DNA from: Laetmonice hystrix
Taxonomy: Eukaryota
DNA: 64,000 nucleotides
Assembly: GCA_965235115.1 (NCBI GenBank)
Contig: OZ249436.1
Location: 3,970,001-4,034,000, forward strand
Direction of reading: 5' to 3'
Shown here: in pieces, positions 1 to 15,100 of the stretch
Numbering within the stretch: the first letter of the stretch is position 1
Layout: each line of letters begins with the position of its first letter
Notes under the pieces: model-generated
Told to the model about the DNA's origin: nothing
Database searches by the model: none
Seen by the model: only the letters and a program-made list of their open reading frames with translations
Program-made: the position numbers and the translations under genes

Positions 1-191
1 AAAAAAAGGCAGTGTAGTGACCCCTGGTGGCTCTGTAGGCTGGGAGGGTAGCCGTAGGGTCTGGATAGATGGCTGCACCCCCAAGTTTGAGGTGGGTCTC
101 TAGGGTAGAAAAATGTGGCGATCTATTGAGTATGTATACGGTATGCTTGTGGTTTCATTGGTCATTACCTCAGCGCTTTCTATTTTTGCAG

Positions 192-3100
192 AGAGGGGAT
201 TGCACCAGTAAATATAGAATCCACAGAGGAAAGATGGACAGCCATTGTCATCTATCTTGAAGGTCAGTTGGTGAATTTCAGAGCTTTGCAGAGATATTTT
301 TACTACACTAGAATTCTCCAATTCCAAAAGATTTTCTCACCCCACAAAGTTTGGCTATGAAGGTACCACTACCAGGCCTTTTAAAACTTATTCTAGAGCC
401 CTAAGAACTCAGGCATGTATGCACTTTGTTAAATGTGTTCACACTAAACTTCACTAAAGCCATGCATAAAAACTTTTGTTCTCATTTTAAGGGCTGTACC
501 AATGTGACATGAAAGGCAAGATTGATTTGAAACTCATTAAAGATAAGGGACACGATTTTGAAATTGCAAAGGTAAGGAATTGTATCAAATAATATTTTTT
601 ATAAAAAGAGAAAACAAATATGTGATTTAAGAAATATATTTGTATAAATATTAATTGATTATCATCAAGTTTTATGCCTTAGAGTTCCAAAAGGAGAGCA
701 TAAGAACTTCCATGGGTCCAGAGGGTACCTGACTACAAGTACTAGTCTTTATTGTGTAGTGCTCAGCATTGCTAAACATGCTTAATACATATAAATTATT
801 ACTGCAGGTATTTCTCCTCCTGATGTCTGCATCACTGCTCTGTGAACGCAACCAAATCTTTGTGGAGCGTGCCATGTCAGTGGAGACAAATCTACAGCAC
901 GAACTTCGAGAAATGGTCGAGTGGGTCGTTCAGCCCAACCAGAACTTAGTCGACCTTGATGCCTCCACGTTTCACCAGGTGCTCTGTAAACCTCTGGGTG
1001 AGTGTCTGTTTAAAATTCTAAGTGAAGATAGCCATATATCATTTTTACAAACTTGTGAAATTTAATTGGGGGTCTTGATTTGAATAAACAGTTGGGTTGG
1101 ATTGTTTATCACCTGGTGAATTACAATGGGTGTTCTCAAGTCAATACCAGGTCAACGTCCAGCCATGAGATCTTCACTTCATGCCGACTACAGGCAAACT
1201 GGAATGTTGGATTTCAATTAGATTTCTCCATTTCTGTGGGGATACATATTGATTTATTTAGTCAGAGGCCTTATCTGACCTAATAGCCCATGTCTACATT
1301 TTAAAAATGAGATACTCGCGTATTACATAAGTTTCTCCTGACATGCTCAGCAGCAAGTGAATAAAATCATAGGGACAACTTAGAATAGAGGATCATTTTC
1401 ATCAAATTAGTGGGCACTAATTTTTTTTGATCATCCTCCAAATTTTAATTTTGAATAGGAAGCTTTGGGGTTCAATAGGATTTGCAGATGCAGGTGTATT
1501 TGTATAATTGCTCAACTTGAAACTTTGTCTTATAAATAAAAATAATGGAATGTTGCAAGTTGCAAGCCCCTTTGTTTTCTTGACTTGTTAATTCAAGTTT
1601 TCTTGCATCAGTAATCTTTGCTTACAATTTACTAAAGGAATAGCCAGACAGTGCCTCATCCTGTAGCATATTTTATAATCATTAATATAAACTCTTATTA
1701 CTCGCACTAAATCTATTAACAGGATGAATTCTTTGTTGCACTGATTTGCTATTCAAAGCAGCTTGGGATTTGTCCATAATGTAATGTTGCAGGCCAGTGA
1801 GGTTAAAACTGGGTTCTGAAATAGATTGTAGAATTTGGTTTGTTGTCAAGTCAATTTTGAAAAGTGATAGTATTGAAGAATGCGGTTTTAGTCACTGGAC
1901 TGCAACCTCTGAATGCTTTGTTTGCTTGTTTCTTTGGATTTTTCTGTATTTCCGTGAAACTCTAAAGATTAGAGTGTCCCACTTAATGATGAAAAACTGC
2001 CCACCTTTATGGCACTTTAGACCCAATTACGTTTTTACAGGGCCAGGAGGTGATATTACTATTACTGACCTCGGTTGGAAAGGTCAGTATGTCTCCCACT
2101 CTGATTATTTCCCTGACCCCCTAGTATTCTCAAAACATAGGTCAAGGTGTAAGCAGTAAACGGTGTCACCGACAAGGCAGTCCAACTTTGAATATCACAG
2201 TGATCAAAGGTGGTCAAAGTTCTAGGCCAACCTTAAAAAAATCTGGCCGTATGACTCAAAACTTTGCAGTTGGAATTTTAGCACCCAAACCGAAGGGGCA
2301 GGGGGGTTTCTAATTTGCTCGCCGTATATGCATGTTCATAGAACTTTTAAGCAAATTCTTAAAAGTGTATACCCATGAGTCAAATTGTATAAAAATTTAC
2401 AAAATTGACAATGACCAGGGCAATAAGCAGGGCAATGTACACTGTATGCTAATTTATTCTTAGGTAAGAGCGATATGGAGGCCCAATTTCTTTTTTTCCC
2501 CCCCAAATAACACTGGAAACAGTGCAAGATAATGCAATATTATTAGTTATTTTTTTGGTTTTGTTTTGCTCCATTTTCCCGACCTTGAGTGGGAAATCAA
2601 GGTCATGCATATTTGCGATGCATGTCCAAAATTTCAGTCTTGTGTGAAACATTACATAATAATCGGAATCGGGGGCAGTCCAAGGATGACACGGGTCTAA
2701 CATTTGTGAGATTCATTCAAAATGGCCACTTGGTGGCTATCTTAGATATATGAATGTGTTTATAAACATTTGGAGCAATAACTTTGGGGAAAAAAAGGTC
2801 TGGCTTTCTTCCAAACTTGGTGGCAAGTGAAGGCATATGAGAGGAAACAGGCATGCCAATGTATTTCTATAAACTAAGGTTAGGAAGTTTTAGTTTCATT
2901 TGTCACTATTTCCCTTTACATTGAGTGACCTTACAGTTTACGGAGTCAGGAATTGTTGGTTTCCCCAGCTGCTGTTGACACTGATTTCATGCTTTTCAGT
3001 TGAGATTTGGTTGTCTAATTCAGCAGCCACACCTAGAGTGGAACTCTGCTCCAGTTTTCACACTGTCTCCACCTCCCAAGTGTGACAGACAACCTTTTAA

Positions 3101-6100
3101 AAGTTTTTTTTTACCTTAGAATAATTTTACATGTTAAGTGCAGAAAGTCTTAGTTAAGCACAGTATTCAAGTCGGCAATTTTTTTTCTCTGATTGACAGA
3201 TCTAGGGCTTCTGAGTGCAACCCCTCAGGCTAGCTCCACTCCCCAGGCCACAGGCCCTCGAAGCTGTACAGGCAGAGCCACGCCTTGTACAAATATATAC
3301 AAGGCATTACAAGGTCGGCTCACGTTACCTTCTTGTCAATCATATGGTGGCAGACGATGCATGTAGTATGAATGTGGCAATGTGATTAATGATCTCAGTG
3401 CAGTGCATGAACAACAGGGGAATGCGCCGTCATTTATGATATAAAATAATCCCATAAGATCAGAAATTCAGACTCTCGCATCTTGTCATGAAATAGTCCC
3501 ATAAGTGTTAGTGCAGAATGTAACTTGTACAGACGGACCCCCAATTATATCTGACATAAATAATGTATTTGCTAACTTATGATAACCTATTTAATTAAAG
3601 AAAGTGGATGCTTATATAATATGAATTGTTTTTTTGTTAGCGCCTCTGTCTTAGTGACCAATGGCTTGGCATTTACCTGTCTCTGAATGTGTGCTTTTAT
3701 AATGCTTTATTAATCTAAGTTCTAACACTCTTCAGTAGCTTCCTGTGACATTCATTTAATGTGTAGCAAATAACACCGATTGAATTTGATATGTGTGAAT
3801 TATGATATCAGGACTTGGTTCAATATTTGTTACCTGGTAAATACATTTGTTTTATCAAGAGACGACCTTTATGGCATTTCAGAGAATGTTGGCTCGACGC
3901 CAGTTTTTTCAACAAGTATTCAGTCCGGAGGCAGCATCCTGGCCCGGTTTACATCACCGGGTCCATCCAATATGAGCTCTCCGATGTCGCCGGTACAGCA
4001 GATGGTCCAGTCACCTCATATGGCTAATAAAGTGAGCAAATTTACAGGGATGGGAACTATTACAGGCGATCGATTACGATTACTATTACTATTACTTTGA
4101 AATTTTACGATTACTATTACTATTACAATTACATTATTTCTAATCTATTATAATTACTATTACTATTACTGAGCCATCTATTACAATTACAATTACTATT
4201 ACATTTTTGCAAGCTGCTTGATCCCGACAAAGCAAGAGCAGTTCAAGATAAAAGGAATAGCCGTAGCAGCTAGCTCTTGTGAGCTGTTCACACCTGAGCA
4301 GCTCTCATTAGCGTACCCAGGGGGGTGCTCAAGCACCCCCCTCAATTTGCCCAATCTTTTTTTTTTTGGGTGCGCTTGTTGCCCACAGCCCCCCACAATT
4401 TGCAGCGCCTCCGACGTTGGTTATTTCCAGCACCCCCCTGAGTCCAGTTTCTGGGTACGCCACTGGCTCTTGTGAGCTGTTTACACCATAGCAGCTCTTG
4501 TGAACTGCTCACAGTCACACATTTGGCTTTGCTTGGTTTCTGAGCTTTCACACCCTGCCCCTTGCATTTGCAAGGGGCAGGTGTGAAAGCTGCTTAGATT
4601 CAAAAGAAACACTGACAGTGGTTTGCTCAATGCAGTTGGTTGTGATGGTTTAACTTAGCCTTAGCTTTTAATTGGCCATATTGTTCTCTTCTTATTGCTT
4701 ACTTTTTAATAACACTGAATAAAAGGGAATGTAGGAACAAACCATTTGGATAACAGAATATTGTTATTTGGATATAATAGAAAAATAATATACTATTACT
4801 CTATTACTCTGCCTTCTATTACTATTACTATTACAATTACTTTAGGAAATTCTCAATCTATTACTATTACTATTACTATTACTATTACAGGAAAATCGGG
4901 CTATTACATATTACAATTACATATTACATATTACTATTACCCCATCCCTGCAAATTTATCATTACCATTTTATTATGAAAAGTTTGGAAATGGTTGTTAG
5001 AATCTTTTCCTTTAATTTGAGGAGTGACATCAAGCTCCGCATAGTATAATGGAACTGTACGGATATCGTCACAATTGTGACTGATAATCTCTTCAGAATT
5101 TTTTTCTTCAGTTCGAAACTTTACCTATCCATTCCCAATAGCATGACCAATGATCCCAATAAGGTATTATTCAGCAATGTACCCATTTAAGTGATGATGT
5201 GACTTAAATCACACCATCTGTTTCTGCTGAACTGTTTTGTTCTCTGTCTTTAAAAGGCATGTTTGTTTCTCATTTTTAGATACGCCTGCAGCAGAAGGAG
5301 CAGCGTATAAAGGCACTTGAACGGGATCTTAGGTCAAATCGTCAGCTTTTGAAGGAATATGAGGCAGAGATAGAGGAGAAACGAAGCGAAGTAGATATTA
5401 AAGGTTTGTTGTCAAGATATGTTTGTTAGAACTTTATGTTTGGGGTTACAGTGCAGGCGTGTTTCATCCACCTGTTAGAGGTAAATGTGTTTTAATAGAG
5501 TCAATAATTAATGTTCTGTTTTCTCTTGATGCGGCTACAGATTCCAAGTTAACAGAGCTTGTCAAGCAACTACAAAAAGAAACCAATAAGTCCATACAGC
5601 TCGAGTTCCAGCTAGAGGAGTTACGTGCCCTTGAAGAGGTGACGCAAAAACAGAGTGTGCAAATAGAAAAGTGAGTGGCTTTAACTAAGGGCAACTAGAG
5701 AATCTATTAAAAACAGGGCTTAGAAAATAGTAAAAGTAATTTGTAGCCTCACCTTGCAGTTTGGGCAAGTTAGTAGTAACCAAGACTTGTATGAGCGCAA
5801 ATATAGGTAACAACTACTTAAGACAAAAACCCAGGAGATTGCAGACGTAAGTAATAAATTTGATACAGCCAACATAAAATTGCTGGTGTGTTATAAGTTT
5901 GTAATGTCATTCATTTAAAATAAAGCCGATTATGAACCAGAGGCAACCTTTTTATTTTCAGTCTTGTTGCTGAAAATTCTGAGCTGATTACAACACGGGA
6001 GAGACGACTACAGTTAGAAAAAGAGAACGATCAGCTCTTCACAAAAGTTCATTTGCTGCAAGAGCAGGTAAAGTTTCATAATAAAATAACGTAGGAGTTT

Positions 6101-9100
6101 GTTTGTTGGGTGCTTTAGAACCTTAGAAAGGATGAGAACTATTGAAATAGATGGAAAAACGCTATATAATAAATTGGGAGGAAATTTGTATCGTGATATA
6201 TGTATCCACTACAGATGTATCAGAGTGTAGTTTGTGTCACAAAATTATGTATGTCTCCCCCCCCCTCTTTTGCACATGTATCAGTTATCTGTGATTTGAA
6301 ATATTCGGAAAAATATGTGCAAAGACCACGACTGCTTTATTTCAGATACTTCAGTTTGAAAGTTTAAAGGAGCAGATGAAGATTTATGAATCCAAACAGC
6401 AGCAGTATGAGAGGGTCAAGACAGAACTATGTTCTACTCTGGAAGCCAAGAATCATGAGATTGAAAAGCTGAGAGAGTCGACAGAGACGGCTCAATTAGA
6501 GCTGCTTCAACTGACTGAGCAGCATCAGACTCGCATGCTTCAGATGACGAGCCAGCTGGAGATGGCAGCCCCACTGTCAGACTCATCCGGAGAGTCACTC
6601 GGTCATTTCATTGAGAAAGACTTCAAAGAAACCGTGGATAAACTGCAGGTGAGTAAAGCAGGGATCTTGACAACAAGAGTGCCTGTAGTGAAAATTCTTT
6701 GGAAAAAAAAAAAATTTATATATGGTACAACTTGATCCATGGGGTGTAAATCCTAATCAATGTATTTAGGGAGTCTATCTCAAACTTCTCGCCATTATGT
6801 GTGAAATGTTGTCTTGGCTTTTGACACTTAGTCGACCTCATAATTAATCTTTAGGAGGATGTGAGCCGCCTGGAACAGGAGACCCAGGATAAGACCAGTT
6901 CTATAGAAGAGTTGAGCGTGCGATGTGATCAGCTCAACACCAGCTGTGACCAGCTGACCACTACCAACGCCAACCTCACCAGTAAGGTTAATGAGCTGAC
7001 CTGTTGCTGTGAAGAGCTTACCAGTTCCAATGCTAAGTTGACCTGTCGTTGTGAAGAGCTGAACTCGAGTTGCAATCAGTTGAAAACTACCAACAGTGAG
7101 CTGATCTGTCGCTGTGATGAGATGAACAAGACCATTGCAGAGCTGACCTGTTGCTGTGACGAGCTGACCAGTGCCAACAATGAGCTCACCCACAACTGTG
7201 AGGAGTTGACCAATGCCAAGGCTGAGCTGACCTGTAAGTGTGACGAGCTGACCAGTGTCAACAGTGAACTGACCTGTCGCTGTGACGAGCTGACCAGTGT
7301 CAACAATGAGCTGACCTGTCGTGGTGATGAGATGACCAAGGCCAACTCGGAACTCGCCCGCAAGTGTGAGGAGCTGAACAGTGTCAAGGCTGAGCTGACC
7401 TGTTGCTGTGAGGAGCTGACCAGTGCCAACAATGAGCTCACCCACAACTGTGAGGAGTTGACCAAGGCCAAGGCTCAGCTGACCTGTAAGTGTGACGAGC
7501 TCACCAGTGTCAACAGGGAACTGACCTGCCGCTGTGACGAGCTGACCAGTGCCAACAGTGAGCTCACCCACAACTGTGAGGAATTGACCAATGCCAAGGC
7601 TGAGCTGACCTGTCGGTGTGACGAGCTGACCAGTGTCAACAGTGAACTGACCTGTCGCTGTGACGAGCTGACCAGTGTCAACAATGAGCTGACCTGTCGT
7701 GGTGATGAGATGACCAAGGCCAACTCGGAACTCGCCCGCAAGTGTGAGGAGCTAAACAGTGTCGAGGCTGAGCTGACCTGTCGGTGTGAGGAGCTGACCA
7801 GTGTCAACAGTGAACTGAGCTGTCGCTGTGATGAGCTGACCAGGGCCAACTCTGAGCTCAACCACAACTGCGAGGAGCTGACCTGTCGCTGTGATGAGCT
7901 GACCAAGGCCAGCACTGATCTGACCAAAGTGAATGAGGAGCTGACCAAGACCAACTCTGAGCTCAACCACAACTGTGAGGAGTTGACCAATGACAAGACA
8001 CAGCTGACCTGTCGCTGTGATGAGCTGACCAGTGTCAACAGTGAACTGAGCTGTCGTTGTGACGAGCTGGTCAAGGCCAACTCTGAGCTCAACCACAACT
8101 GTGTGGAGCTGACCGATGCCAAGGCTCAGTTGACCAGCCGTTGTGACGAGATCTCTAAGGCCAACTCTGAGATGACTCGCAACTGTGAGGAGCTGAATAT
8201 TGCCAAGGCTGAGCTGACGTCTCAGTGTGAAGAGCTGACCAGTATAAACCAAGAGCTGAGCTGTCGCTGTGACCAGCTGACCGAGGCCAACTCTGAGCTC
8301 AACCACCAACATGACGAGCTGACCAATGTCAACAGTGAACTGAGCTGTCGCTGTAATGATCTGACCAAGGCCAGCACCGAACTGACCAAAGCGAATGAGG
8401 AGCTGAACAAGGCCAGCACCGAACTGACCAAAGCGAATGAGGAGCTGAACAAGGCCAACTCAGAGCTGACCCAGGCGAAGACTGAGCTTACCTTCTGCTG
8501 TGACCAGTTGACCAGTGCCAACAGTGAGCTAGCCAGTGACAAAACTGAACTAGCAAATGAACGTGACCAGTTTTCAAGTCAGTTGGAAGAGTTGGTTGCT
8601 GTGCATGAAGACCTCAAGGTAAGTTTGACGTAGTTTGAGGATATCTGTAGCAATCTAATCTTTAGTGAAACAAGTATAATTTTTTATCCTCCAAAAATTA
8701 CTGTAGACCTTGATAGTTGTTGCATTGCATAGACAGGCCCTCATGTTGCCTCTTTGTTCATCACACAGGGGAAGCTCAGCAAACAGGCAGAAGATCTGGA
8801 TGAGAAAGACTCATCCATTGCTGACCTGACTAGTTCCAACCACCAGCTTCTGCAGTCCACCAACGAATTGAATGTCCTTCGCACTCAACTTGAGGATCAG
8901 TTGAAAGAACTGAGCGCAGCCCAGGAACGCCTTACATCATCCCAACAGGTAAGATTGTCAGTAAACTTGGGTAGTAGGTCCAGGCCTTGAATTACACGAC
9001 AGCATCGATGGCGTGCCTTTTCCATGTATCGTAAATTTGCCGTCGTGCCCTTGAAAAATCTTATGGTGTTTCTTATGCATCGACGGCAGTTTTTGCCATG

Positions 9101-12100
9101 CCCCTGTCAACCTCTAATTCGAGGCCTGTAGGCCTACTTACTGAGTGAACATGATGGTTAATTTTACATTCCTGATGCATGGTGCAAAATTTGACTGTTG
9201 TCAAAAATAGCCTCTGGGCTCATGAAAAAAGGGGGTAAGTGGTGGCTTAGGGGTACGGGCAAACCAATTCAGGATATGTATTAATTAGAAATTGACAATC
9301 GAGGGAAATTGTACTTTCTACATTAAGTAAATACGAGTATGTGTACTAGTGTTTCTACCAATGCAGTTCTAGTATTATACAGACCTGTTTTAGCATAACT
9401 TATCCAAAGTGATGCCAACACGATTGCTAATATCCGCTTCCTTTTGTTAGACTGATGTACAGCAGTATGAGAGTGAAATCCAGAAGAGGAACCTTACCAT
9501 CCAGGATCTGGGGGCATGTGTTGATAAGTTAAAGAAGTCCAACACAGAACTGTCGGCACAGAAAGAACAACTGAATGCTGCAAAGGAGGTCAGTCTTGTT
9601 GAAGATGTTTTTTTTTTATTTTGCAAACAAAGGTTTTTTCTTTTCTTTTCTTTTTTTATACTAAGTAGATACTTGTTCCCCAGAAGCTTTCAAAAACGTA
9701 CAAAAATACTCTGGGCATTGTTAGTGGGGGTACCTTATTAACCTAAATAAACAAATTAGTTCTCTATAATTAAGGGTTTTGTGGAGAAGACGGCGACATC
9801 AACCAAACAATAGTTAATTGGTAATATTCATTTGTATGGAGTATATTCTTTTAAAGATGAAAAAACAATTTTTTTTCGATTTCAGGCATTCAAACAAAAA
9901 TGCAGGATACTATAGATGTAAGGAAGTTATACCAAAAAAACAGTGCAATATGATATCTTGCAATCGCGTGTCCAGTAAAAGTAGATTCACAGTGGTATTC
10001 CAAAAGTACAATTACATGTATTAGGATTAATATTCTGGTATCAAGCCTTCTCATTAACCCTGTGATTTATTATAGAGCCATTCCTAACAATAAGGGTTTC
10101 AATTTTGACATAAATTGATGGCAAAAATTGTATAGAGGCTGTGTCTCTTCTGTCTCGGTACCTAAAAAAAAGAGCCTAAAAACATATTTTAAATCTTGTT
10201 GACAGGCTTTGGAAACAAAAGCATCTAGAGAACAGCAAACCAGGGAACAAACAGAAGCTGAATTTAAACAGCTTGAAACCGAACTACGACAACAACTACA
10301 GGAAAATGAGGTTGAAGTTCGCCAGATTGGTTGCCAACTTGACAGTGTTGAGGAGCAGCTGCGACAAAAGACCAAAGAGTATCACGCAAAGTCCAGAGAC
10401 CTCTGTGCATCTGAGGAGACAATAGCTGCTCTGCAGATTGACATTCAGAAGTTGGAAGAACAGATTGAATTGTCTCAAAATGAGCTGGAAACTACAGCCA
10501 GCAGAGCTGACGAGCTGGAGAAACAGCTTCAAAAAGCTGAAGAAGAATCGGTGAGCCTCCGCAACGAACTTGATGGCGAGTGTGGACGTCTAGAGGTGAT
10601 CGAGGAGGAGCTGATGGTGTCCCATCAACAGGCTGAAAACATGGAGGAAGAGCTGCGGGCTCAGCTCGAGGAGGCGCAGGAGGCACACGATGTTCTCCAG
10701 AGGGAGCTCACCGTGATGCAGACTAAGACAGCAGACATGGAGGCACAGACAGAGTCTGGCCACTTGAAACTATGTGACATGGGTGACAAACTTCGCAAGT
10801 TCATGTATGAAGCATCACATCGGGAGGATGAACTGAACCACATGTTAAAAACTGCTGAGGAGAACCGCTTATGTACAGAACAGATGCTGGACGACGCCAA
10901 GGAACAAGTTTCAAGCCTTCATCAGGACCTTGAAACGTCCCAGCACAAGATCGCTGCACTCGAGGACCAAGTGTCCGACTCTCAGAGCCGCACCGAAATT
11001 ATTGAAAGTCGATTACGCGCATTCATGGAGGAGAAGGAAGAGGAGCTTGAAACTGCTAAAGTGGAGCTGACCTCATTGATGGCGGAACTGACCGACAGTG
11101 ATAACAAACTGAAGAACACTCGTAACAAACTCAAACAAACTCAAGAACAACTCGAGCAAAGAGAAGGAGAGCTTCACAAGCAGACTCAGGAGGCGTCTGA
11201 AAGGTCGGAACAACTGAACAAGGAGCTTTCTGATGCCCAGGAGAGGATTATAAACCTTGAGCGATCATCCCAGGAATCGGTGCACAAGATCTCGCACCTC
11301 GAGGAGACACTGAAGGTGGCACAAGAATCTCTCTTCAATCAGGAGAAAGAGAAAGAGGACGCGAAACATGACTTGCTTCAACAGCTTGCCAACTCCCGTG
11401 TGAGTCTGACAGGCAAGGAAGAGCACCTTGGAGCCCTGCAGGATAAGTTTGCTCGGCTCAAGGAGGAGCTTGAGGCAGCCAACTCCCGGGCCCGTGACAT
11501 GCAGGACACCCTGTCCATCTACGAACAGAGGTCTGCAGATCTTGAAACCCGTCTGCACCAGTCGGAAAGCGAGGCGGAGCAGACTCAGATGAAACTTGAG
11601 GCTGATCTTGAGCATGCTGAAGAAGAAATTGAAACGCTCAATAATAGACTTTCTGCCCTTCAGGAGGAAAAAGAAGAAACAGTTGCAGCATTCACAAAAG
11701 GCCAGAGTGAAGTTATCTGCCAGGCTAAACAGAAAGAAGCTGAACTCACTAAGCAAATAAGCCTGTTTAAGTCTGAGGTTAGCATTCTCCGTGAGGACAA
11801 AGAACGAGTTCTCCAGCAGTTCAAGGAGGCGGGAGAAGGATCATGTCAGGTTGAGAACAACCTTCGTCAACAGGTTCTGGAGCTACAGCGAGAGCTGAGC
11901 GTGCGCCAGGAGCGCCTATGTCGCATGGAGGCTGACGGGGTGAATCATGTGGCCAGCCTGGAGCAGGCTCTGAACCAAGCCACCACGGAGCACCTAGCAG
12001 TGTGCACTCAGCTTCAACAGCAGCACGAGCAGCAACTTGTGGAGGTGAAGAACAGATGTGAACAGTATGAACAACAAGTTCAGATGTTGAGGGAGGCCTT

Positions 12101-15100
12101 GAACAAATCTGATGCTGAGGTTCAAAATGCAGAGACCAGACACAATGAGAAGCTTACCAGGCTCCAGCGAGAACACCAAGAGGAGCTGCAGGTCCTTGGC
12201 AAGCAGATCACCACACTGAGTCATCGCAACCAAGAGCTTACCTGCTGGGAGTCATCGGAGAGGACGAGCATCAAGGACTTGGAGGACAAGGTTGCCACAG
12301 TGCGGGAGGAGCTTGCCCGGGCATGCTATGACAACACAGTGGTCACCATGAAGCTCGAGGCCACTAAAAAGGAGCTGAAAGCGACGGAGGAAGCGCAGGA
12401 GGGCAGCCAGAGCCAGCTCAGAAAGGATATTGACGACTTGATAGGTCAGTTGAAGCAGGCCAGAGAAGAGTATGAAAGTTTGAGCAGTTCTACAGAGGAC
12501 CAGAAGAGGAAGCTGCATGATGAGCTTCAGAAAGCTCACATGGACAGAGAGGAAGTGGAGCGCATTCATGTGGAGGAGCTCACTTCCCTGGAGAGCCGTC
12601 TCCAGGAGATCGAAGAAGTCCAGGATGAGAAGGTGGAACAGCTCAAACAGAAATGTGAGGAGACAGAGCAGAAGTACGAACATGAGCTCAACGGCCTCAA
12701 ACAAAAACTGCACAAGGAAACCCGCAAGTATGAGGAAGAGATATCTCAGCAGCGGGACGTCAACTTTGAGCAGGCTGCTGAGATTGAGATTAAGTACCAG
12801 TTGGAGGTGGAGCAATTAGAAGGTCAGCTCAGCAAGGCACAGTCTGAACTTGGCCACAAAAAGGTAAATAATAAATGTCAATGAATGTTTGCAAAAGTTT
12901 GGTTGTGTCAAGTTTCTGCTTAATTAGTGACGTAGTAAGTAAAGAGTTGGGTAAGCTGGAAACATTGGGGTAAGTCATCTTGTCGGGACATGGATATTCA
13001 ATACTTTAGAGGGGAATTCCTTTCAGGATAGAAAGCTTGTAATTTATGTAATTATGTAACTTTGTAATTTACCTTGGAGGCATTTCTTCCCGCACATTTA
13101 CCAGCATTTGATTTGATTATTCCACAGGAGTTGCTTGCAGCAGTAGAGAAAAAAGCTGCCGCTGCCCAAAACGATGCTCACGCTGAGGTGCTGGCTGTGG
13201 AGAAGGAGAGGCTGAACCTGGAGACAAAACTAGAGGCAGCAGAGAGACAGATGAAAGCACTCAAAGCCGACTATACCACTGCCATGCGTCAACAGGTACG
13301 AGACTAGAGTTATGTCTGCACAGCACAATCTTAGCTTCATTTCCATTCAAGACATTTAGTAGTGTTCTTGAATTCACACATAGGATTTTGGACTAGGCAA
13401 TTTGATGCCAGTCATACACCAGTCTTCAAGAGTCGTTTCCAGCTGTCTCGCTATCATTTGATATCAGCTTCCAAGGGATAATTTTTTTCTCGATCAAAAA
13501 TAAGTGGGGGGTGATGAATTTTAGTCAAGTAATCGTATACTGTTTTGTCCTCCCTGTCCTTGCATGTGATCAATACAAGATTTTTTTTTTTATTCACCAG
13601 GAAGCAAAGTCAATGGAGAATGTTGAATTGGTACAGAAGTTGAGGCGACATGAGCGCGAGATTCATGGCCATTTAGAGCGAGAAAAGCGCCACCTAGCCG
13701 CTCACCAACGGGAGATGTCGCAGGCTGCAGACATGAATGCCAAGTTACAACAACAGCTGGCTGACAAGGATGTGGAAATTCAAAAAAGCCATGGAGAATT
13801 TTCAACTGAGGTACAGTTATGAAAATGAATTGCTCAGATGTCATTGAACAGAGAATCCATTGAGTTAGTCTGGAAAGTGGTTTAGATTTCCCTAAGATGC
13901 ACACTGTGATGTTGTACAATTGGTAATTAACGAATCGTTACGATGGAATTGTGGTTTTTCAGATGGAGAAGAGGTTGACAGCCATCCAGGACCAGTATCA
14001 GGAGCAGCTGGAAGACATGGAGTGTCGTAGTACCAATCACTTGGAGCAGGAGATCCGCAGATGGCAGCAGAAGGTCGAGGAGCTGAACCAGTCGTTTATC
14101 AAGGTAATGTAGTTACCCAAGGATTTGGCATGAAATATGGCAACTGAAAACCTGGAGATATTTGTCATAAATAGACCTTTGTATCAAAGGATGTTGGCTA
14201 TTTCATCCTGGACATACCCACCTATCACCAACAAGTTGTAATGTCTGTGTACAGTTAATTGTCATGCTATATCGTGAAATAATATATGTACTAATGAGGT
14301 ATTGTAATTAGCCTTTCGTGTCATTGAACATTCTAGAATTTGTTGTGAGGAAAGTGAGACCTTTGTTCAACCTTTGGTTCATGTGAAAATGACGTCAGTC
14401 TTGTAGATTGCCTGATTGAGAAGTACGATGGATACATGTACAACTAATAATTTTCTCAATTCTCTCTACAGTTGGAAGAGTTGCATGCAGCCTCCGAAGC
14501 AGAGAGACAACGTTTGAAAGAGACTGTAGATGACTACAGCTCTCGTAATGAAACTCAGGCCTCTCAAGTTCAAAATCTCCAGAATAACCTGCAGCAAATG
14601 GAACATGAGCGGGGCTGCCTCGAGCAAAAAAATAGAGAACTAGACACCGAAACCTCCACCCTCAAGGGTAAACTTCGTGAGGAGGAGACATTGCAGAAGC
14701 GTTTGAGTGAGTTATTTGACCACCTTGTTTGCCAGCTGGGCAAAATACATTTTGAAATTCTCGAGTTTAAGTGGTGACAATTTATGTGATTCGGGCCAAG
14801 AATTATTTGATCCTGTCATATAGACCTCTTCTTACCTCGATAAGTCAGTCTAAAACAAACGTCACTATTTGTATGACCTACTGGTTCTGAAAAATCGGCA
14901 ATAAAAAGTTGGAGCAAAGTCTTTTAAATTTTATCAGGTGGCAATCCTGACATTGTAGGACCCGCTTGAATCTCCATTATCAAGTGAACAAATGACAATT
15001 GATTTGTCCTCCATGTTGTAGCCAACCAAGTGTGCAGCCTTGAGGCACAGCTTGATCACATGGCTAAACAACTGAAGTCTGAGGGTCGGACACGTAGCCT

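Noticed and set aside
6828..8542. Multiple long minus-strand ORFs
   Set aside because: Antisense shadows of the stop-poor 42-bp NuMA coding repeat.
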